A stretch of DNA of 38,898 nt, from IMG/VR virus record IMGVR_UViG_3300033067_002094, positions 1-38,898 of that record; one strand, written 5' to 3'. Source of the DNA: a virus (lineage: Duplodnaviria; Caudoviricetes). Both the position numbers and the translations under genes were made by a program. Positions 31,676-38,898 of the stretch are shown here, in pieces; the stretch's first letter is position 1, and each line of letters begins with the position of its first letter. The notes under the pieces were generated by a model. That model searched no databases. It was not told the DNA's origin and was given only the letters and a program-made list of their open reading frames with translations.

Positions 31676-31997
31676 CTTCCCCCAAATCCCAGGCATTGAT
31701 CACCCATGCCGGATAGGTCTTTCCAGGATTGATCACGTAATCCAAAGCTTCATGTTGCTTTGAGACGATCTCTTTCAGTCGAGTGATCTCTTTCGCCTGT
31801 GTTTCTATATCTTTTTGGGATGCCTCAAAGCATTCGTGAGAAACCTGTTCGTTGCTGGTCATATCGGCAAGCTCTTCCTTCAGCGCGTCGATTTCCTGGA
31901 GCAAGATCTTCACATCGCCCCATTCGTAAATCGTCTTACGCGCCTGATCTATGTTGGTTCTGATATCCAGGATGTAGTCTGCGTTTGGACGACTCAT
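31647..31997 (-). CDS. Hypothetical coiled-coil protein
   Basis: True start probably MSRPNADY via an ATGA overlap with the HTH gene. It contains LLQEIDALKEEL. Confidence 0.65.
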   Translation of the reverse strand: MSRPNADYILDIRTNIDQARKTIYEWGDVKILLQEIDALKEELADMTSNEQVSHECFEASQKDIETQAKEITRLKEIVSKQHEALDYVINPGKTYPAWVINAWDLGEDEAKAKETE

Positions 31998-32227
31998 TTC
32001 AACATCTCCTCTACCTTGAATGGGATCACGTTCTGCAGCTTCAGGATCGTGGATAGCATCGGCTCTCTGCGTCCGGATAGCAGAAGCGATAGAGCCGTCG
32101 GAGTGATACCCGACCTCTCGGCTAACTCTTTCTGTCTCATATCGCGATCGATGAGAAGCTTTCTCAGGTTGCCACCGAATCTCTTGGCGATCTCTCGCTC
32201 GTAGTTCTTTGAGGGTTTCAAAGCCAT
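31994..32227 (-). CDS. XRE/Cro-family HTH transcriptional regulator
   Basis: NLRKLLIDRDMRQKELAERSGITPTALSLLLSGRREPMLSTILKL. Confidence 0.9.
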   Translation of the reverse strand: MALKPSKNYEREIAKRFGGNLRKLLIDRDMRQKELAERSGITPTALSLLLSGRREPMLSTILKLQNVIPFKVEEMLK

Positions 32228-32469
32228 CACCAATCTCCTGAAGCTCCGCCGCCACCGGACTCACCGCCGCCACCAGAGAATCTGTCTGAATCGGTGATCG
32301 AACTCGATACAATATCTGTCATCGACCCAAGAACAGCTGCTCCGACCAGAAGATCTTCCAGGAAGTCCGATCCGTCTTCATCGACCATGACGAACCGGTT
32401 CTGCACTGGACAACTGTGTTTAGAACCAACTCGAACCGTTTCTCTGCAATGTTTGCATTTCAAGCTCAC
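32227..32469 (-). CDS. Small protein with a CxxC..HxC knuckle and a Gly-rich FSGGGG...GASGDW tail
   Basis: Motifs visible in the translation. Confidence 0.7.
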   Translation of the reverse strand: MSLKCKHCRETVRVGSKHSCPVQNRFVMVDEDGSDFLEDLLVGAAVLGSMTDIVSSSITDSDRFSGGGGESGGGGASGDW

Positions 32470-32834
32470 TCTAACCCCCGAATCTCGGCCAGGGCTTCTT
32501 TGGCTTGATTGCCTGCATCCTTAATGAATCGTTCTACTGGATTGGAAAAATCATCGCAGTGGGCAAACCAATGGCCACCATGACTTTCATCGTCATCTGG
32601 GTCGTGACTGTCATCAGCATAGAACTCAAGAGCCTTAGTTGCCATTGCCACCTGAGTCATAAGCTTGATTCTTTCAGCCTGCCAGGAAGCCACAGCCTTC
32701 CTCAGCTCAGAGTTTTCCCTGATCTCATGCAACATCTCGCCAGTAGTAGGCGGGCAAAAATGTACCGATCTCCCGCTCTGCCAGTACCTCACCGACTTCT
32801 TAATCGTCATCCCCAGGCGATTACTACACTCCAA
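32466..32834 (-). CDS. Hypothetical protein
   Basis: Common phage KALEFYAD...GNQAKEAL motif. The start is uncertain. Confidence 0.6.
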   Translation of the reverse strand: MECSNRLGMTIKKSVRYWQSGRSVHFCPPTTGEMLHEIRENSELRKAVASWQAERIKLMTQVAMATKALEFYADDSHDPDDDESHGGHWFAHCDDFSNPVERFIKDAGNQAKEALAEIRGLE

Positions 32835-33537
32835 TCAACCGCTCAATGTTTTCAACCGCCCCTATTCACTTATCTAGATTACTTAGCTTTGTTCAATTCA
32901 CTTAATCCGAATACTGATTAACTGAAATATTGACGCGTTGTGTTGGAATTCGAAATATTGTGACAGTTTTAAGGTGATGTATGCCACTGTCTCTCACTCT
33001 CTTACCAACGTATGTCACCGTGTACCCTGTGTCTTGTATTACCTTCCAAGGTATCTAGCTGTTTTATTTAATTATTATTTCAATTACCGAGTTAGTAATG
33101 ATGTTGCATCATTATACTGTTGATTAGATGCGATTCGAATTTACTCGGTTGTGTTGAGTGAATACTAATGTATCTCACTCCATCTCGTTCGTATCGACTT
33201 TGACTGTATTCGTCTTCGTCTACCTTATAGCGAGAGCATTTCGTCTAAGTGATTGGATTGATTGGAATGGATTAGGCAGACACAGCCAAGACCAATACCA
33301 CTGCCCCTACAACTGCATTTTAAAACACATCGAAAAGTCGTCAAGAGGAATGTGTCTGGAATCTATTGAGGAATATTCGTGCTTGATATCCTTAAGGATT
33401 TAACTGTGTTGCCATTATTTGTCATTGGATGCGGCGCATAATTGTCACCTAGACACTCTGAAGCCTGTGTCTATCGTGATTACTCCAATGATATCCGCCA
33501 GTGTGTCATGGCATATCACCTGCATTCTATTGGGTGC
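32835..33537. promoter_or_regulatory. AT-rich divergent control region
   Basis: About 700 bp without a convincing ORF, separating the leftward accessory operon from the rightward early operon. Confidence 0.65.
33509..33525 (+). promoter_or_regulatory. Putative sigma54 (-24/-12) promoter
   Basis: TGGCATATCACCTGCAT gives GG-N10-GC. The predicted +1 is near 33535 and the ATG is at 33538. Confidence 0.55.
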
Positions 33538-34137
33538 ATGAGACACTCAACACTGATTAAGAAGCTTGCTCAGATCGAATCCAAAGGCCTTAAGCTTGCC
33601 ATTCCATATGGACCTCGCAGAGGCACGTTTAAGCGCGCTAATCTCGAGTTTAACCCCTTGAATGGGCGCGGTCATTCTTATGACTGGTATGAGATCACGA
33701 AAGTCATCAGAGGCAAGCTTGTCCTCAATACCTTCCGCTATTCAGTCACAACGCAGAAGCATGTTCGACTGCTGCAACGCCTGCTCGATAGCCTTGGCCT
33801 CAAGTATATGTCAATCGAGGCACCTAATGGCCTGCAAAACCTGGATACCGCTGCAAGTCATCACGTTGTTCTGTTGGCTGAGGCAACAGTCAAAAACAAG
33901 TACGCTCGAATCAAGACGCCAAAACTGATTAAGCAGCTAGAAAAGTCCCTAGCCCTTTGCATCTCTCTAGGTGCAAAGCTTGAAAAGCGGGATTCACTTA
34001 AGGCTCACATTGCACAGTGCGAATCAGAGCGGGCAGAGCGCTTGATGGCTCAAAAGCTTAAGCGCCTAGCCAACTCAATTCCACTGACCAACGACGATAT
34101 GCGTAACAACGAAGCCAACATGCTTCATTCCGTCTGA
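33538..34137 (+). CDS. Hypothetical basic early protein
   Basis: Start MRHSTLIKK, with a YSVTTQKH motif common in phage early proteins. Confidence 0.7.
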   Translation: MRHSTLIKKLAQIESKGLKLAIPYGPRRGTFKRANLEFNPLNGRGHSYDWYEITKVIRGKLVLNTFRYSVTTQKHVRLLQRLLDSLGLKYMSIEAPNGLQNLDTAASHHVVLLAEATVKNKYARIKTPKLIKQLEKSLALCISLGAKLEKRDSLKAHIAQCESERAERLMAQKLKRLANSIPLTNDDMRNNEANMLHSV

Positions 34138-34162
34138 ATCGCCCTCAACCAAAGGAACTCAT

Positions 34163-34369
34163 ATGAAGTTGATCAAAGGAAAAGACCTGACAAGCGACCA
34201 GTTGAGACAAGTTCTCAGTGCATACGTGCATCGGTTCCATGCAATCGGACCAGACAAGTTTTACAAAACAGAGAAGGATTGGATCCTAGACCACGCGTTC
34301 TATTTCACAAAACAAGGTCGCCTATCCAATCGGCACAAGCACTGCGAACCAGCCTTTATGGCGGAATGA
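34163..34369 (+). CDS. Hypothetical early protein
   Basis: 68 aa with an SD (AAGGA). Confidence 0.7.
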   Translation: MKLIKGKDLTSDQLRQVLSAYVHRFHAIGPDKFYKTEKDWILDHAFYFTKQGRLSNRHKHCEPAFMAE

Positions 34370-34376
34370 GGGAAAT

Positions 34377-34622
34377 ATGAAACAGGCTATTTTCACCAAA
34401 TACCTAGGTCCAACCAATACCAAAGGCGCACGCGTCAAAGCGGTATCAGCAAGCGGAGTGAGCGAAACCCTGGACTGGAATCACTCAATAGATCCATTCG
34501 ACAACCACCAAGCTGCAGTGGACAAGCTTCGGAATACTCTTGGTTGGGACAAGGATACGCGAACCATCGCAGGACTGTTCAAAGTTGACGGTTATGTGTT
34601 CGTTCAAATTCTAAAGGAGTGA
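34377..34622 (+). CDS. Conserved phage early protein
   Basis: AIFTKYLGPTNTKGARVKA motif. Confidence 0.75.
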   Translation: MKQAIFTKYLGPTNTKGARVKAVSASGVSETLDWNHSIDPFDNHQAAVDKLRNTLGWDKDTRTIAGLFKVDGYVFVQILKE

Positions 34623-34624
34623 AT

Positions 34625-34825
34625 ATGAGCTGTGAAAGTTGCGAAATTGCATACATCAACGGAATGAGATGCCATGAGACTGGCTGTCCTGAATCATGGC
34701 GTGGACTGCATAAGAAGTGTTTTGAATGTGGTTGTGACTTCGTCCCGGAAAATTCACGCTTTGAATCAGTATGTTTAGACTGCATTGCTGACCGTGAGAG
34801 GAGCTCTAATGAAGAGTCCGAATGA
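34625..34825 (+). CDS. Cys-rich zinc-binding early protein
   Basis: CESC...INGMRCHETGCP...CFECG...CLDC, with an SD (AAGGAG). Confidence 0.75.
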   Translation: MSCESCEIAYINGMRCHETGCPESWRGLHKKCFECGCDFVPENSRFESVCLDCIADRERSSNEESE

Positions 34826-35000
34826 ACGAACGTCAATGCGTCTACTTGAGACTGCCTCACAGGCTATCGATAACGTCCGTCAAGACTTAAAGAACGAACA
34901 AAGCCTGATTGAGGACGGCACGACCGCGTCTCTCCAATGGATCGAGAAAGAACTGAATCGAATCATCAATGCGCTACAACTGAAAGGGTATTCAAAATGA
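34809..35000 (+). CDS. Hypothetical protein
   Basis: Start MKSPNE with SD GAGGAG. Confidence 0.6.
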   Translation: MKSPNERTSMRLLETASQAIDNVRQDLKNEQSLIEDGTTASLQWIEKELNRIINALQLKGYSK

Positions 35001-35212
35001 ACGACCAGAAGTGTTCTAAATGCTCAGTGCCCCTCAGGCCATATTTTCTGAGAGACGGAATCTGCAACGGTTGCCGGAACCCGCATCTCATCGTGGTTTC
35101 CATGCCTGAATGTGATCACGAAGAGCTCGATCACGGCTGTTGCTTGACTTGTGGAAGGGATCTCAATGGGGTCATGGACTCGGAAGAGGTCTTCAGGAGA
35201 GACCGGTCATGA
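34997..35212 (+). CDS. Zinc-finger protein
   Basis: CSKC, CNGC, CDH and CLTC motifs, with an ATGA overlap. Confidence 0.65.
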   Translation: MNDQKCSKCSVPLRPYFLRDGICNGCRNPHLIVVSMPECDHEELDHGCCLTCGRDLNGVMDSEEVFRRDRS

Positions 35213-35487
35213 GTCAAACGCTACTGGTCTCATGCGCTGAGGAGTTTGACGCTACCCTGCAAGGACTCAAGCTCCACGTAATAGCCTATCCGGTACGCGG
35301 ATACATGAGCGGGACTGAAGCAGTGTTCTATGCCACCGAGATCCATTCAGTCTCAATCGTCTTGGATTCAATCCAGATCATGGTTGACCTGAAGGATCTC
35401 AAAATAGCCCATCCAAAGGCTTTCGAAGAGATCCAAAACCAGCTTCCAGAGAGTGAATACTGGGAAGAACAGTTCAGAGAGGAGTGA
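35209..35487 (+). CDS. Hypothetical acidic protein
   Basis: Start MSQTLLV via an ATGA overlap. Confidence 0.6.
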   Translation: MSQTLLVSCAEEFDATLQGLKLHVIAYPVRGYMSGTEAVFYATEIHSVSIVLDSIQIMVDLKDLKIAHPKAFEEIQNQLPESEYWEEQFREE

Positions 35488-35489
35488 AT

Positions 35490-35888
35490 ATGCGTATCCA
35501 AGTCACGGTCATTGCAATGAGTCTGATCCTATCCGCATGCGCTGGAAGCATCACCAAGCGTACCTATTCGCAGGTTTGGGAAGGCATGCCGGTCTCATAC
35601 CTTCTCGATGAGTTTGGTTCTCCGAGCGAGTTCTCCTCGAAGCAGATCGTCTATAGAGACGGACCCGAAGCTTGCTTCTTCGATATCCAGGACTCAAAGG
35701 TCCGAGAGTTCAGCTGTACGGGCGAGGAAGAGCGTCGCCAGGCTTTCAGGGTTTCCTTGGGAGCGGGTTTCAAGGCCATGGGCGATTCAATGGGCAGAAC
35801 TCCTGCCTACGTCGCTCCAGTCAAGACCAATACGACGACCGAATGCCGGAAGGACTATTTCGGCAACATGACCTGTAATAGCTACTGA
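35490..35888 (+). CDS. Lipoprotein with an SmpA/OmlA(BamE)-like motif
   Basis: Lipobox LSA-C, followed by VWEGMPVSYLLDEFGSP and a C-terminal TTTECRKDYFGNMTC. Confidence 0.7.
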   Translation: MRIQVTVIAMSLILSACAGSITKRTYSQVWEGMPVSYLLDEFGSPSEFSSKQIVYRDGPEACFFDIQDSKVREFSCTGEEERRQAFRVSLGAGFKAMGDSMGRTPAYVAPVKTNTTTECRKDYFGNMTCNSY

Positions 35889-35897
35889 GAGGTGCAT

Positions 35898-36065
35898 ATG
35901 AGCGATCATGGGTACAGAGGACACCACGGTTTAGAACACATGGTTGAAGCAGCGATCCTATTCCTGACTATTGGGATCGCGATCTGGGTGATTCAGCACA
36001 TCGCGCTAGGTCTTGCTACCGCTTGGATCTGGATCACGAATAGGAAACCCAGTGCTAGTCCTTGA
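35898..36065 (+). CDS. 55-aa membrane protein (not in the ORF track)
   Basis: MSDHGYRGHHGLEHMVEAAILFLTIGIAIWVIQHIALGLATAWIWIT..., with SD GAGGTG. Confidence 0.6.
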   Translation: MSDHGYRGHHGLEHMVEAAILFLTIGIAIWVIQHIALGLATAWIWITNRKPSASP

Positions 36066-36312
36066 TCAATCCAAGCTTGCGCAAGGCCTGCTGGACATCG
36101 ATGTCGAGCTTATCCACTCGGATCTTGATCACATGCGAATAGCCAGACTTGAGTTTCCGCTTGGTCTTCATCACGTATTCGGCCAGGCCAAGCTCATAGA
36201 CGCGCTGCTCAGGATAGATCGTGAGGAGCTCTTTCAGGTTCTCAGGCTTGGCATATTCGGCCTCGGTTACAGTCCCGTCTTTCTTGGTCACGACAACCTT
36301 AACGAAGTTCAT
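36055..36312 (-). CDS. Hypothetical protein transcribed against the early arm
   Basis: 85 aa with natural composition. Its start abuts the palindromic site at 36312. Confidence 0.6.
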   Translation of the reverse strand: MNFVKVVVTKKDGTVTEAEYAKPENLKELLTIYPEQRVYELGLAEYVMKTKRKLKSGYSHVIKIRVDKLDIDVQQALRKLGLIKD

Positions 36313-36378
36313 GAGTCATCAATGACACATTATGTGGACAATTTCCAAGTGTTAAGATGTTACTTAGATACATCTAAG
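36312..36378 (+). promoter_or_regulatory. Putative activator-dependent promoter, copy C, with a downstream palindrome
   Basis: TGAGTC-atcaat-GACACA at 36312-36329, TG-t-TAAGAT at 36350-36358 and CTTAGAT-ac-ATCTAAG at 36363-36378. Confidence 0.55.
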
Positions 36379-36387
36379 GAGACCCAC

Positions 36388-36687
36388 ATGCCCAAGGCTG
36401 ATATCAAACGTGACGAGCTTGCAGATCATCCCGCACAGAACATGGCAAACCTACAAGTCAAACTCGCTGGATCGAATCTCGCCCCATTAGGGTTCGAATA
36501 CCAAGCAAGCGTAGCAGTCCATTTCTACAAGCAGCGAAATAGTGAAACCTTTGCGTTCATCTGTCAGCAAGCTGACATCTACAAGCTGCCAGAGGGCCAG
36601 GTCGATGTGGGAGTGAAAGAGCTCAGGAAGGCCCTCATGAAGTCCTTTGGGCGAGAAGAGAATAGGAGATCTGGATATGACAACTAA
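36388..36687 (+). CDS. Hypothetical protein
   Basis: True start MPKADIK with SD AAGGAG. Confidence 0.7.
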   Translation: MPKADIKRDELADHPAQNMANLQVKLAGSNLAPLGFEYQASVAVHFYKQRNSETFAFICQQADIYKLPEGQVDVGVKELRKALMKSFGREENRRSGYDN

Positions 36688-36910
36688 ATCCAATGACTTA
36701 GATGCAATGCTGGCTGGCCTGTCTCAGCCTAAGGTCGAGAGGGTTCCACGTGGAACATCTAGGCCCGTTTTTCGCAGGAAGCTTATCAATGTGTCTCCTG
36801 AGGTATGGGAGCACCTACAGAAACACTCGAGCGCACTGAACGATACCCCAGACTCCACCCTCAGGCGCCTGCTTGGACTGCCCCAGAAAGAAAAGAGAAC
36901 CCGAAAATGA
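36677..36910 (+). CDS. Ribbon-helix-helix (SeqA-N/CopG-like) DNA-binding protein
   Basis: RKLINVSPEVWEHLQ...DTPDSTLRRLLGL. Confidence 0.7.
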   Translation: MTTKSNDLDAMLAGLSQPKVERVPRGTSRPVFRRKLINVSPEVWEHLQKHSSALNDTPDSTLRRLLGLPQKEKRTRK

Positions 36911-37542
36911 GTCAGATTTATTCAGCTATTTCAGCAGTGATGGCCGAGATCGATCCAATCGGAAAGACTCGCAAAAACGAGCAGCAAGGGTATAAATTTC
37001 GAGGGATCGACGACGTCTATCTGGCCGTCAATGAACCCTTTGTGAAGCATGGAATCTTCTGTGTTCCAACTGTTTTGAGCTCAGTCCGCGAAGAGAGGCA
37101 GACCGCCAAAGGCGGAACGCTCCTGTATACGATTTTGACAGTCAAATACACCTTCTATGCGAAGGATGGTTCATTTGTTGAGTCCACGGTCTGTGGCGAA
37201 GCCATGGATAGCGGAGATAAGTCTGCAAACAAGGCAATGAGCGCAGCAATGAAGTACGCCCTCATGCAGATATTCGCCATTCCGACAGAAGAGCCAAAGG
37301 ACACCGAATATCACAGCCCAGAGCCACTCCCCAAGCATCATGAGAAAAAAGACACACTATTAATAAATAACAACAGATCAACACTGCCAACCTATGAGGG
37401 TTTGCTTTCTCTTCTCCCTCAAATTAAGGATGGCACAATCGCAACCGTTGTTCGCAGTTTCCTGGATACAAATAAAAATGACCTTGCTCAGCTCGAGAAA
37501 GCTGAAGCTAGAATAAAAAAAATCATTGAGGCACAGAAATGA
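36907..37542 (+). CDS. erf: ERF-family single-strand annealing protein
   Basis: KNEQQGYKFRGIDDV and GEAMDSGDKSANKAMSAAMKYALMQIFAIP. Confidence 0.92.
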   Translation: MSQIYSAISAVMAEIDPIGKTRKNEQQGYKFRGIDDVYLAVNEPFVKHGIFCVPTVLSSVREERQTAKGGTLLYTILTVKYTFYAKDGSFVESTVCGEAMDSGDKSANKAMSAAMKYALMQIFAIPTEEPKDTEYHSPEPLPKHHEKKDTLLINNNRSTLPTYEGLLSLLPQIKDGTIATVVRSFLDTNKNDLAQLEKAEARIKKIIEAQK

Positions 37543-37976
37543 ATCTGATCAAGAAAGGCCAATACGCGGCCTCCATCCAAGACTATGGTCTCATCGAAAG
37601 CTATGGGAAGCTGAAGGCAGTCCTCGAGTTCTCATTCAAAGCAGAGTTTGAAGATGGAACCTTTGATAAAAAAACCCTAACTTGGAAGGGTGATCTCTCA
37701 AACGAGAAGTCTGCAGCGTTTGCAATCAAGACACTCCTTTCCATCGGAATGAAGACCGATGACGTGAGAGATCTGATCAAAGGAAAAGAGAGTCAATGCA
37801 TCGAGATCGGAAAAGAAGTGATGATCACTATTGCTCACTTCACAGCTGAAGACGGAAAGACCTACAACGTAGTCAAATACGTCAATCCAGCAAAGGCTTC
37901 TGGTGTTCCATCAGCTGAAACGCTTGACGCCCACCCTTGGCTGAAAATTTCCACCACTGACGACATTCCATTCTGA
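37539..37976 (+). CDS. Single-stranded DNA-binding protein (DUF669-like)
   Basis: KGQYAASI N-terminus, a GKTYNVVKYV strand and a C-terminal DDIPF tip, between erf and the exonuclease. Confidence 0.8.
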   Translation: MNLIKKGQYAASIQDYGLIESYGKLKAVLEFSFKAEFEDGTFDKKTLTWKGDLSNEKSAAFAIKTLLSIGMKTDDVRDLIKGKESQCIEIGKEVMITIAHFTAEDGKTYNVVKYVNPAKASGVPSAETLDAHPWLKISTTDDIPF

Positions 37977-37982
37977 GGTTTT

Positions 37983-38780
37983 ATGAAGCAGGGCACGCCA
38001 GAATGGCTTGAGTTCAGAAAGAAACACATCGGAGCGAGTGATCAAACTCACCTCCAAATGTGTGCGAAATGGTCTATGGGCTGGAAGAAGCTCTGGGCCA
38101 TCAAGACTGGAAGAGCCAGAGAACAAGCCGCTGGTCCTCACATGCTGGCTGGGATTGAAGCAGAGCCAAGAGCAAGGTCTCTCTATGAGGCTCATATCTT
38201 TGTGTTCGAAGGAGTGAGCGCCACCTTCAACCCTCACGTGGTCGAGCATGAGTTCCTGTCCGCATCTCTTGATGGATATTCGACCACGCTCAATAGAATC
38301 ATCGAGGTCAAGACTCCTGGAGCAGAGGATCATGAGACCGCTGTATCCAACAAAATCCCAGCCAAATACATCCCTCAGCTCACTCAGCAGTCTCTTTTGA
38401 TGGGAAAGATTCCTGTGGACTACGTATCATATCGCGATGATCAAATTGCAATTGTCACATTCAAGCCTACAGATGAGCATTATGAAGCTGTGCTTGAGAC
38501 CGCGAAGAAGTTCTGGGAGTTTGTGATCACTGACACCGAGCCAGACAGAGACTATCCATCTCCCCTGTTCTCCACTCGTCCGAAACATTCAGAAAACTCT
38601 GAGGCTCTCCTCGAGGCCAAGGAGAACTGTCATCTGAGAAACGAACTAGACGAGATCAAAGCGAAGCTCGAAGCCAGCAATGAAAGGCTTTTGAAGCTTG
38701 TGCCTGACTCAAAGGCAGTGATTGGCCCTGTTGAGATCACGACTCGAGCAGGAATCAGATCCATCCGCCGAGCTACCTAG
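37983..38780 (+). CDS. YqaJ / lambda-type exonuclease
   Basis: QGTPEWLEFRKKHIGASD, GIEAEP, ASLDG, IEVK and YIPQLTQQ. Confidence 0.93.
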   Translation: MKQGTPEWLEFRKKHIGASDQTHLQMCAKWSMGWKKLWAIKTGRAREQAAGPHMLAGIEAEPRARSLYEAHIFVFEGVSATFNPHVVEHEFLSASLDGYSTTLNRIIEVKTPGAEDHETAVSNKIPAKYIPQLTQQSLLMGKIPVDYVSYRDDQIAIVTFKPTDEHYEAVLETAKKFWEFVITDTEPDRDYPSPLFSTRPKHSENSEALLEAKENCHLRNELDEIKAKLEASNERLLKLVPDSKAVIGPVEITTRAGIRSIRRAT

Positions 38781-38898
38781 TTCTATAGGCCTTCTGCTCA
38801 AGGACTCTGACTCTGTCTTCGACCTTGTCAGCCCTTTCCTTCTCACCTTCAAACTCATTCCTAAGGGCTTGACTCTCAGCTCTCATTCCTGCGATCTC
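38773..38898 (-). CDS. C-terminal part of the coiled-coil protein that starts at 121
   Basis: Open frame EIAGMRAESQALRNEFEGEKERADKVEDRVRVLEQKAYRTR*. Confidence 0.55.
   Translation of the reverse strand, partial: EIAGMRAESQALRNEFEGEKERADKVEDRVRVLEQKAYRTR

Noticed and set aside
36013-36387. N-terminal extension of the 224-aa ORF 36013-36687
   Set aside because: It overlaps the opposite-strand gene and the promoter region. A strong SD supports a start at 36388.
1-38898. Alternative genetic code (stop-codon reassignment)
   Set aside because: Core genes are full length in the standard code, and all three stop codons terminate genes with tight stop/start overlaps.

Overview
This window is an essentially complete ~38.9 kb genome of a tailed, podovirus-like dsDNA phage. 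The host is probably Gram-negative (lipoproteins, spanin-like pair, CsrA homologue, sigma54-type motif). A single ORF appears to span the two window ends, so the sequence is probably circularly permuted with a few bases missing. Layout: (1) a minus-strand morphogenesis/lysis arm at ~0.9-23.6 kb with TerS, a TerL split into two genes, portal, scaffold, MCP, adaptor, nozzle, tail fibres, GNAT, ejection proteins, M15 endolysin, holin and spanin-like genes; (2) a plus-strand block at 24.1-27.2 kb with an initiator-like protein, CsrA, two mini-lipoproteins, a glycosyltransferase and a zinc protease; (3) a minus-strand accessory block at 27.3-32.8 kb with MazG-like, Tad1-like, Fis-HTH, MTase-like, PD-(D/E)XK and XRE-HTH genes; (4) an AT-rich control region; (5) a plus-strand early/recombination arm with RHH, ERF, SSB, YqaJ exonuclease and RuvC. 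No integrase, DNA polymerase, helicase or primase was recognised. The most notable observations are a D-armless tRNA-like element with an elongated anticodon arm and a Gln(UUG) loop directly upstream of terS, and a shared promoter architecture (TGAGTC-N6-GACACA at about -45 plus an extended -10) in front of two paralogous leaderless hydrophobic mini-proteins and the recombination operon. Others are a highly structured non-coding region at 23.6-24.06 kb near csrA, the split terminase and a Tad1+MazG anti-defence pair. All calls are by eye from motifs; no searches were run.
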